From a virus (taxonomy: Duplodnaviria; Caudoviricetes): a stretch of DNA of 32,030 bases. The stretch lies in IMG/VR virus record IMGVR_UViG_3300012953_000113, positions 1 to 32,030 of that record; one strand, written 5' to 3'. The translations under genes and the position numbers were made by a program. Shown here piece after piece: positions 25,501-32,030 of this stretch (the stretch's first letter is position 1; the number at the start of each line of letters is the position of its first letter). The notes beneath the pieces were generated by a model that was not told where the DNA came from, searched no databases, and worked only from the letters and a program-made list of their open reading frames with translations.

Positions 25501-28500
25501 AGGGCTTGGGAGGGGTTTCTCTCTCCTGAAGCGAGGGAACTAATCAAGGCCGCTCGTGAGAGTAAGCTCAACGACGAGCTTGCTGGGGAGCTTAGTCGGC
25601 TGGAGGCCGTCTTAAAGAAACACCAAGATGAATTTACCTCCCAGCAAGGAAAAGCAACGTCCAAATGGACGGATGCTGATGACAAGATAAGGCGCGAGTT
25701 GAACATCCTAAAGGAACGCCTCAAGGAAGCTAAAGCTCAACCAAGAGACCCAAGGCTGGACCGAGACATTGCCGCCATTAAAAGCAGAACCCAAAAGGAT
25801 CTTAGGGCATCACATAAGGAGCACAAACCTAAACTCTACAGGTCGCGAAAAGCTAAGGATGCATCCAAGAAGAAGATTGATAGCCTGAAGAAAGCTCTTG
25901 ATGAACTCAACAAAAAAACACCCAAACACAAGAGTGAATCTACGATCCGTGCCGAGGACGCGCGGAAAGCAGCATTGAGTGACTTGATCTCTCAAGAGAC
26001 TGCAAGGTTCGATGAGTTGGTGGAGTTCCATAAGAGGTTGATAGCTAACCAGGAAGCTAAACAGAAAAGCATCAGGGCTGCGGCGGATGCAAAGATTTCT
26101 AACCTAAAAAGCAACTCTGACCGTGCCATCAAGATAAGGGTCCTTGACGAGCAACGCATCGCTGCTGAGTCCTCACACCGGTCTGCACGCCTCTTGTTCG
26201 ACAACGCTATGGAGGCCGCCAAGAAGAACCTTAAACTACATGAGGATGCAGCCAAGGCTGGAAAAGAGGCGGCGAGAGATAAGTTCTATAGGTCTGCTCT
26301 TGACGACGCCGACCTTGTTATTGAGTCCGCTAAGCGAGAGTATGTTAGCGCCGAGAAGCTGCTGCATGATGAGCTTGCCCGAGCCGAAGCCCGCCTGATA
26401 ATGGATGATGGTGTTAGTTTTGAGGATTACGTCAACAATCTGAAACCCAGAATCGCGTCGAGCGATGAACGTATTGCCGCCGCTAAAAAGAATCTTGAGG
26501 AGCTTGAGAACCAAGGCCGCCCTCACCAGATGGCCGAGGCCAAAAAGGCCGTCGAGGCCGCAGAAGATAATCTTATGAAGCTGGGCACACAGGAGGCTCA
26601 AGAGGCGCTGGATGAGGCCAGGAGCCACTACTACGCGCTATACAAGGCAACGGGTCAGGATAAGATCAACAAGGCCCGCAAGATGGTTTCCCTATCAAAG
26701 AAAGACCTCCCCCTTGAAGAGTGGGAGATTGAGCTTTGGTCTTGGTACCAACAGATGACTCAGCCAAGCAAGTATGGCTACTCAATCCTCACCAACCCAG
26801 GCCCACGTCAATCATTCACCAAGAGAAGCATTGTTGATGGTGAGATTGTTGAGGAGCTATCGCCAGTACATCCAGCCGTTCGAGACTACACTGAGGAAGA
26901 GTGGATGTTAGCGGCAATGTCAGTCCAACGAAACATTGAGCCACCAGAGGCAGGGTATCGGCTTGGTCGAAGCATTGAGAAAGATGTATTCAAGCGATTG
27001 ACTCACAAGTGGGGCGAACGAAGCCTTGTTGGTCAAAGGCTGGTTGATCGCCCGCCTGATGATCTTCTCTACCTCGTCAAGATGTTTGGTGAGACATGGG
27101 CATCATACTCGGATCGGCTTGACATCCGTGGCGCGGACTTCATCTTAGATCCTGTAACGAGAATGCGTAGCCATATGGTCGTTAACTACGCTCCCCACAT
27201 CAAGAACATGACTCAACCTGAAGATCATGCAGAAGCAATAAAGCTGTTGAAGGAAGCGAAAGATAAAGCAGTTGAGTCTGGCGATGCGACGGCAATAAGA
27301 GAGGCGACTGAAGCTCTGAACAAAGAGATTATGGATAGAGACAAGGCCGCTATCGCGTCCGCGAACGGGTTTGCTTCTTGGAGACAGAAGCGGGCGAACC
27401 TCTCAGAAGACATTCGTAGAGGAACATCAAAGATTGAGGACCTGCTTGGCGCACAGATAGATAGTCAGCGTAGCCGGTTCTACGCTGGTACGGCAGCGGA
27501 GGTCAACGCATCAACAGTTATTGATGCTACATTCACATTCGATCCGATGCTCACCTCTGCTCGAATGATGCAGTTCAACAGAAGTATTGGGGCTGACGAC
27601 TTCCTGGCTGCAATGTTTGAGGGCGGTGTTGTGAGGACGTTTGTTTCTACACCCGAAGCAACAGCGGCAACCCAAGCATTCAAGGCGGGATACATCCCGT
27701 TGTACCGCTCGTCGAAAGCTCGTGTTGAAGGTTTAACAACCGAGATGGCAGAGATTATTTTTAATGGGAGCCGCGAAGATTGGAAAAGGGAAGGCGTTAC
27801 AGCAGAGATGATTACCGGCCTCATTGAGGCAAACAAGAAGCCAGAGCGGTGGCAAGCATGGTTGCGATCCGTACCACGCATTCGTCAGGCTTCCCGCATC
27901 GAGCATGCTCGATTATTGCTTAGGAACCAGCAGTTCATTGATGACCTGGATGTCCCTCTTGAAGACTTACAGAAAGCCTTCGATGCCAGGATGATGGATG
28001 GAAAGATTGGAAAAAAGGAAGCGTGGGAAGAGATTGCAAACAAACTCAACGAGGTTTTGAACACGGCTGGCGAGACCGGCCCCACAATCCGTGGATCGGA
28101 TCTCTCAAATTACTACGAGAAGAGTGCTTGGCGTCTGTATGTTCCGCGCCAAGTCGCTGAGTCAATGGCCCAGTTGCACCCAAAAACATTAATGACCATA
28201 GCTCAAGAGGCAGATGCCGACAGGACAACACATGTTCTCCGTTTTGCTGGGAGGCTGGGGCGTCAGTTTAATGAGTTTTGGAAAGCAAGGGTAACCATCC
28301 TGTCTCTTGGTTTCATTGGTCGAAACCACGTCACCAACACCATTTCAAACCTCATCGACTTGGGTCCTGGCGCAGCGTTTGATCCAAAGACTCAGTTGCA
28401 GGCGGCCCTTATCAGTCACTTCGCTCCGCTTGCTGAGGTCCACGGCTCAGTGGCGAGAGCAATGGAAGTTATGGCACACAAAGACTACGCCAGTTCTCTC

Positions 28501-30126
28501 CCTGCAATCTGGAAGAAGCAGCCCTATGTTTTAGCCAACCCATTGTCTTGGGCGAAAGGCATGAAGGAGGGGGCGGCTAAAGGGTGGGCGCACCTGGATA
28601 TGCCACACAAGATCATGGGTAGCAGACTGTGGTTTGCTAACAAGGTGCTCGGGACGGACGTGCTGAAAGGCGGGATGGATCTTGGTGATGGGATCTTGCG
28701 TAGCTTGGATGAGTGCATTGTTGAGTTGAGAAACTCAGGAATCATAGCCCCCAACTATCATCAGTACGTTGATTTAGACCGGGTTGCTCAACAGGCTGGC
28801 ATCATTGCTGCGATGAAAAAGGATCCTGCTGGTGCAGCGGGGGTTTTGAAATCCGTCAAGGATGGAGTCAGGGAGTCCGCCAGCACTGCTGAGGACATCT
28901 TCTTTATGACGGCACCAGCTATGGTTTCTGGTGGACTGTGGGTACCGCTCTCTTTAGGCAAGCATTACAACGCAGGCCTTTCTCGGTTCATTGAGAACCA
29001 AGCCAGGATGATCAACTTTCAAGGCAACCTGCGCCGAGGAGGCAGTTGGGACTCAGCGCGCGCGCATGTTGAGAAGTATTTATTCAACTACGACGACCTG
29101 ACAGGAGTACAAAAGCACTACCTGAGACCGCTCATTCCGTTCTTCGTTTGGCGGCATCGCAACCTCATGTTGCAAGGAACTTTGGCTAAAGAGAAGCCTA
29201 TTGTTTTTGCGGCGTACCAACGACTCTTGCTTGAGGGCGCACCAAAGATGGTCGCTGCAATGAATCGAGACGAGGCAGGGTTGCCTTACGCAGAACCTCG
29301 GCCATACTCACCAGGCAGTCTGAAATCCAGAAGACCGTACCAGTTGTCTCGAATCAGGGTTCCCATCCCAGGTCTCCGAAACGTCGCCATCGAGGGTCTT
29401 CAAACACCTATCGAAGCAGCCATGGAAGAGGTTGGGTTGCTTGAGGATTTTATTGAAGGGTTCGTGAAGGCGAGGGTGTTAACCCCCACAGCTACAATGC
29501 TCGGCATAAACACAGAAGAGGCCAGACGGATTAACGAACTAAGGAGGGCCGAGTCAGAGATATTTGGTCTTAGGTGGGCATCTCGGGCAAACTTCCTAAC
29601 CAAGCTGGCGGTTGAACGGATAACCGGCCACCACTTCTTCTACGATATGTCCATAGAAGATATGAACAACGCCCGGCAGATTGGCGCTGCCATAAAGACT
29701 CTGGAAGCGTACCCGTTAGGAATCGGCCCAGCTTTAAGCCAAGGGATGCGACACCTCACTGGATATTACGAAATGTATAGCCCTAAGCGCAACGCTGCAA
29801 GAGCGTTGGCTACACGGATTTATCAGCTTGGTAACCAGCCATACTCGCGGTTGTTAAGCGACCAGGCGGCGGCACTTGATGTATTCAACTCATCACTTGC
29901 CAGCGACCCCGACAGGATGCGGGAAGCAGGTTTGGATGTCGGTGAGTGGAGTGAGATTGGCGTAACGCTACGTTATCTTCGGGTGTTAACCGGCGTCAAG
30001 GTTATCTCTGAGTCACCGTGGGATAACCGCCACTTCTATGAGCAAGGGTGGACTGATGCGTATGAGAAGTGGATGGTCGATCACGACATCCTCGAAGAGT
30101 TACCGAGAACCGTTCTTCACCGTTGA
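22564..30126 (+). CDS. Giant internal virion/ejection protein (2520 aa, gp16-like position)
   Basis: GGAGGT SD, TGATG coupling; long central coiled coil; C-terminal ENQARMINF...VEKYLFNYDDLT...LIPFFVW pattern seen in large podoviral ejection proteins. Confidence 0.75.
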   Translation: MAYDPLGFLSPSVREYVKARREEEGLGQVSELASQRHWEARNAASGIVPVESVDARDPEEHPDAQVGAMEQARHERLSRNIRFPPGESERRLHRSTQMWTGHRGRRLGMEQLGRSSYARRGFRQNLLATADDVETASEVSWLRHLGAVDTFDDPRRVLWAGGTALAALMPDPTPQERDNISRTLGNMAGDAATWVARGYGVAAGLVGERLGKLFEKTALEKEIEGWGVEFLPQDGLWGFAAKAAKFVPTMAQRTLTNAVGLPVDDVTSLLPWEIGETWDRWTLYGDIGANLYRAGSTGELFRAGIGGPSYWVENHNVLLPNPAALLLSPIDGMGLIESGIGAPDIRLLERGSWGVQETDYFAQWLRPGSGLHGRDGMFGRSENPIHHNTQGVDIIDAALPVELAERLAETFEEGSGARDFFEGMSTHTGRHLLGIAMEMTVDPLWLAGPAKGGMLVHKADKAYRVSRSVVESSSFLTSVVAHTSSEVINRSAKEESLLRHGLNIILKESDEEVQVSTKAFQEAIGQAQSRVDDIQERVDEYTRIIENLSNDPDAALTAWRKEQELQKIRLAAAREAGPSNMSRHSKVAKRQKAQWDQDVERHTQRLNEQMAALDKGEMGSDGVVSGLQQSITSYSLRQKNLIQGTERARETLKHMLVSKRSLLTDETGSLVWHIPFTESTLRLFPDGDLVGKVFSPLATAANKGASLIVDPAKALSKIVKEGSERAAAKRRSTATVPSGSNGVSYGEALSAIVHSTLKVGTDVTVKAPLELASWTWDLLASMVGHRGIRPYLTKIRNNAEFAHLASSGMGSSVLHRLGFADVVLGRVSNEIWNAYQSAWSEYARTLSAADSDVQRFQIMAFNEAKRVYEARLAEGTMTEAQSFDDVLVEANHYWEIGSGKMELERQDLIPLREIVEDFIKTLSDRINKPVQEIQQSLVQMVLRGDMKGDAARYREQMRLLQPLKDNATRIQREIDLLESRAWEGFLSPEARELIKAARESKLNDELAGELSRLEAVLKKHQDEFTSQQGKATSKWTDADDKIRRELNILKERLKEAKAQPRDPRLDRDIAAIKSRTQKDLRASHKEHKPKLYRSRKAKDASKKKIDSLKKALDELNKKTPKHKSESTIRAEDARKAALSDLISQETARFDELVEFHKRLIANQEAKQKSIRAAADAKISNLKSNSDRAIKIRVLDEQRIAAESSHRSARLLFDNAMEAAKKNLKLHEDAAKAGKEAARDKFYRSALDDADLVIESAKREYVSAEKLLHDELARAEARLIMDDGVSFEDYVNNLKPRIASSDERIAAAKKNLEELENQGRPHQMAEAKKAVEAAEDNLMKLGTQEAQEALDEARSHYYALYKATGQDKINKARKMVSLSKKDLPLEEWEIELWSWYQQMTQPSKYGYSILTNPGPRQSFTKRSIVDGEIVEELSPVHPAVRDYTEEEWMLAAMSVQRNIEPPEAGYRLGRSIEKDVFKRLTHKWGERSLVGQRLVDRPPDDLLYLVKMFGETWASYSDRLDIRGADFILDPVTRMRSHMVVNYAPHIKNMTQPEDHAEAIKLLKEAKDKAVESGDATAIREATEALNKEIMDRDKAAIASANGFASWRQKRANLSEDIRRGTSKIEDLLGAQIDSQRSRFYAGTAAEVNASTVIDATFTFDPMLTSARMMQFNRSIGADDFLAAMFEGGVVRTFVSTPEATAATQAFKAGYIPLYRSSKARVEGLTTEMAEIIFNGSREDWKREGVTAEMITGLIEANKKPERWQAWLRSVPRIRQASRIEHARLLLRNQQFIDDLDVPLEDLQKAFDARMMDGKIGKKEAWEEIANKLNEVLNTAGETGPTIRGSDLSNYYEKSAWRLYVPRQVAESMAQLHPKTLMTIAQEADADRTTHVLRFAGRLGRQFNEFWKARVTILSLGFIGRNHVTNTISNLIDLGPGAAFDPKTQLQAALISHFAPLAEVHGSVARAMEVMAHKDYASSLPAIWKKQPYVLANPLSWAKGMKEGAAKGWAHLDMPHKIMGSRLWFANKVLGTDVLKGGMDLGDGILRSLDECIVELRNSGIIAPNYHQYVDLDRVAQQAGIIAAMKKDPAGAAGVLKSVKDGVRESASTAEDIFFMTAPAMVSGGLWVPLSLGKHYNAGLSRFIENQARMINFQGNLRRGGSWDSARAHVEKYLFNYDDLTGVQKHYLRPLIPFFVWRHRNLMLQGTLAKEKPIVFAAYQRLLLEGAPKMVAAMNRDEAGLPYAEPRPYSPGSLKSRRPYQLSRIRVPIPGLRNVAIEGLQTPIEAAMEEVGLLEDFIEGFVKARVLTPTATMLGINTEEARRINELRRAESEIFGLRWASRANFLTKLAVERITGHHFFYDMSIEDMNNARQIGAAIKTLEAYPLGIGPALSQGMRHLTGYYEMYSPKRNAARALATRIYQLGNQPYSRLLSDQAAALDVFNSSLASDPDRMREAGLDVGEWSEIGVTLRYLRVLTGVKVISESPWDNRHFYEQGWTDAYEKWMVDHDILEELPRTVLHR

Positions 30127-30153
30127 CCAGTAGACCCTTGTAGGAGATAGACA

Positions 30154-30561
30154 ATGCCACGACTTATCAAACAGGCTTACGGTGCCATGACAGGGGGGAC
30201 ATCCTGGGCCTATACAACGCTTGGTTCCACCGCTGACGGTAAATACCACGACGTGTACAGCAAGTGCCGCCTCACCACAATGCGGGTCCACATCACGGGT
30301 GGTTTGTCTGACAGCAACTCTTTTGAGATGGGGCTGAGTGAGGACACCGCTGGGGAGCATCCCATCACCGGCCTCATCAAGCAGACCAAAACGAACAGTC
30401 TCATCAACCTGACCGCTAAAGGCTGCGTCAGTTGGACACTCGACCAGGACTACATAGTCACGTCGGACGCAACGTCAGCCGGAAAGTTGTATTTCTGGTG
30501 GAAAAACAACGGGTCAGACACCCCGACAATCAAGGTTTACCTCACGTTTTCGGAGACTTGA
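30154..30561 (+). CDS. Small beta-rich protein, MPRL...SET family copy 1
   Basis: AGGAG SD; shares MPRL, KxRLTT, LxED, TGL, DY and SET with the next two genes. Confidence 0.85.
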   Translation: MPRLIKQAYGAMTGGTSWAYTTLGSTADGKYHDVYSKCRLTTMRVHITGGLSDSNSFEMGLSEDTAGEHPITGLIKQTKTNSLINLTAKGCVSWTLDQDYIVTSDATSAGKLYFWWKNNGSDTPTIKVYLTFSET

Positions 30562-30981
30562 TGCCTCGCCTGACAAAAGCGATGAACACACAGGAAGTGG
30601 CCGCCGCTGCGGCAGACACCTGGAAAGCGATCAAGGTCGGCGCAGGAACGCTCGGCAACACCATTCCTGCCAAAACTCGCCTCACCACACTGGTCATCCA
30701 GGTCACCGACAAGGACCGGAGAACTGACGGGTTCAAATTTGGGCTGAGTGAGGATGAGGCTGGCAACCACCCCATCACCGGGTTGCTGGAGGTTGACCTC
30801 GACAACCACAAATCCACGGACCCAGACAATCAGGCGTCGTTCAGTCACGCGCTCAACACTGACTATATAGCCACTGATGGTGCTGATAACCAAGGTTGCC
30901 TGTGGTTTTGGTGGCAATGCGATGACGTTGCAACCACCGTTCGGGTCACTTTACACGTTTCGGAGACCTGATGCCTCGCCT
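30548..30981 (+). repeat. 24-bp direct repeat at gene junctions (30548-30571 and 30958-30981)
   Basis: TTTCGGAGACTTGATGCCTCGCCT vs TTTCGGAGACCTGATGCCTCGCCT (23/24 identical). Confidence 0.9.
30561..30971 (+). CDS. MPRL...SET family copy 2 (136 aa)
   Basis: True start is ATG 30561 (TGATG overlap, GGAG SD inside the preceding SET codons), not 30432. Confidence 0.85.
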   Translation: MPRLTKAMNTQEVAAAAADTWKAIKVGAGTLGNTIPAKTRLTTLVIQVTDKDRRTDGFKFGLSEDEAGNHPITGLLEVDLDNHKSTDPDNQASFSHALNTDYIATDGADNQGCLWFWWQCDDVATTVRVTLHVSET

Positions 30982-31357
30982 CATCAAACAGGTTTCGATC
31001 AGTGGAAACTCAACATTAAGTTGGGTGAAGCACTCGTTCACCGGCCTGCCGTCCAAATGCCGACTCACCACACTCAGGTTCGTTCACAACTCAACAAGCA
31101 ACAGAACGTCGATCGTCAGTCTGGACCTGTGTGAGGACGCAAACGCCAAGTATTCGCTGACTGGGCTGGTGGATTTCGCGGCTGCTGATTGCAAAATGAG
31201 TGACGACACAGTCATGGGCTGCGTCACAAATCTCAATCACGATTACGTGTTGACTGACAAGGCGGAGGCCGATGGCTCACTCAACCTCTACGTTAAACAT
31301 ACCGGTGGCGTTGCTTCAGTTCCCTTCCAGGCTTACCTCATATTTTCCGAAACATAG
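30971..31357 (+). CDS. MPRL...SET family copy 3
   Basis: TGATG overlap; same conserved blocks. Confidence 0.85.
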   Translation: MPRLIKQVSISGNSTLSWVKHSFTGLPSKCRLTTLRFVHNSTSNRTSIVSLDLCEDANAKYSLTGLVDFAAADCKMSDDTVMGCVTNLNHDYVLTDKAEADGSLNLYVKHTGGVASVPFQAYLIFSET

Positions 31358-31366
31358 GAGTCCGTT

Positions 31367-31735
31367 GTGGCTGTTACCTCAACCCCCTTTGATCGATTCA
31401 AAGAAATAATATACCGCGATACTGTTGTAACAGATGCTGGCTCTAACGATATTTATGGTGGACCATGCACGCTATACTATGTCCGAATCAACAACGCCTC
31501 AGGTCAGGTTGCTCACGTTAAGTTGTATGATGCTGACACAGGGGGAAGCCCGTCGATTATATTAACGGTGGCGATTGGAGCAACACGAGACATAACTATT
31601 CCGGCAGGTGTACGTTTCGATACCGCTCTGTCAATCAGGGTCACTGACGCAAAGCTCTCGCTGAGTTCCGGTGATGGGGACACACCATCCGGCAGCGCGG
31701 TCGAAATGTATTTCATTGCAAAGGAGTTGGTATGA
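31367..31735 (+). CDS. Small beta-sandwich virion-type protein, second family copy 1
   Basis: AGGAG SD with GTG start; GGPCTLYYVRINN...HVKLYD...GVRFDTAL. Confidence 0.75.
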   Translation: MAVTSTPFDRFKEIIYRDTVVTDAGSNDIYGGPCTLYYVRINNASGQVAHVKLYDADTGGSPSIILTVAIGATRDITIPAGVRFDTALSIRVTDAKLSLSSGDGDTPSGSAVEMYFIAKELV

Positions 31736-32030
31736 GTTCAGTATCCACCACCGCGCCAGGCAACCTAACAACGTATATTGTTTCCGATGTGGATGTGCGG
31801 CCCGTCGCTCAGTACAATATCACTGGCGGTGCTTGTGTTTTGTATTCGGTGATGATTGATAACACCACAAACTCGACCGACCTATTCCTCAAGTTGTATT
31901 CGGAGACCAGCGGCGTAACGGTTGGTACTACCCCTCAGTTGCAGCAGTATATCTGCAAGGCTGGTGAGAGCGTTCAATACAACATAATTGATGGGTTAGC
32001 GTTGGCAGCCCTAACCTATGCAGGTGTTGC
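31732..32030 (+). CDS. Second family copy 2 (3'-truncated; absent from the ORF track)
   Basis: AAGGAG SD, ATGA overlap; manual translation MSSVSTTAPGNLTTYIVSDVDVRPVAQYNITGGACVLYSVMIDNTTNSTDLFLKLYSETSG... is open to the window end and aligns with the previous gene. Confidence 0.8.
   Translation, partial: MSSVSTTAPGNLTTYIVSDVDVRPVAQYNITGGACVLYSVMIDNTTNSTDLFLKLYSETSGVTVGTTPQLQQYICKAGESVQYNIIDGLALAALTYAGV

Noticed and set aside
29056-29065. (GC)5 alternating run
   Set aside because: Explained by Ala-Arg-Ala codons; a single occurrence
31899-31909. Further TCGGAGACC (Ser-Glu-Thr) copy inside the last gene
   Set aside because: Short match, internal to the CDS, with no stop or start following; probably chance
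1-32030. CRISPR array, DGR/reverse transcriptase, tRNA genes, introns/inteins, stop-codon recoding
   Set aside because: No spaced repeats, RT motifs or interrupted genes were seen; standard-code ORFs tile the window almost completely

Overview
This window is a 32-kb internal segment of a temperate, podovirus-like (P22/T7-style short-tail) dsDNA phage genome, cut inside a gene at both ends. The left part (1-6.1 kb) is a recombination and regulatory region: an ERF-family annealing protein, SSB, a tyrosine integrase, two isolated minus-strand genes, a probable XRE-like HTH protein and an RHH plus sigma-region-4-like regulator. The right part (6.1-32 kb) is a co-directional, translationally coupled morphogenesis operon: terminase, portal, zinc-ribbon protein, scaffold, major capsid, decoration protein, adaptor, nozzle, three probable tail paralogues, three internal-virion proteins (one of 2520 aa) and tandem arrays of small beta-rich paralogues. 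The main unexplained signals are: (i) two 110-140 nt multi-branched fold-back elements within and at the end of the ERF-SSB-integrase module (809-949, 3400-3512); (ii) an antisense gene whose start and stop codons both overlap those of its neighbours; (iii) mutually exclusive hairpins over the capsid stop codon; (iv) a triplicated, translationally coupled gene array with 24-bp junction repeats. All functional calls come from motif recognition by eye and from gene order; no database search or folding program was run.
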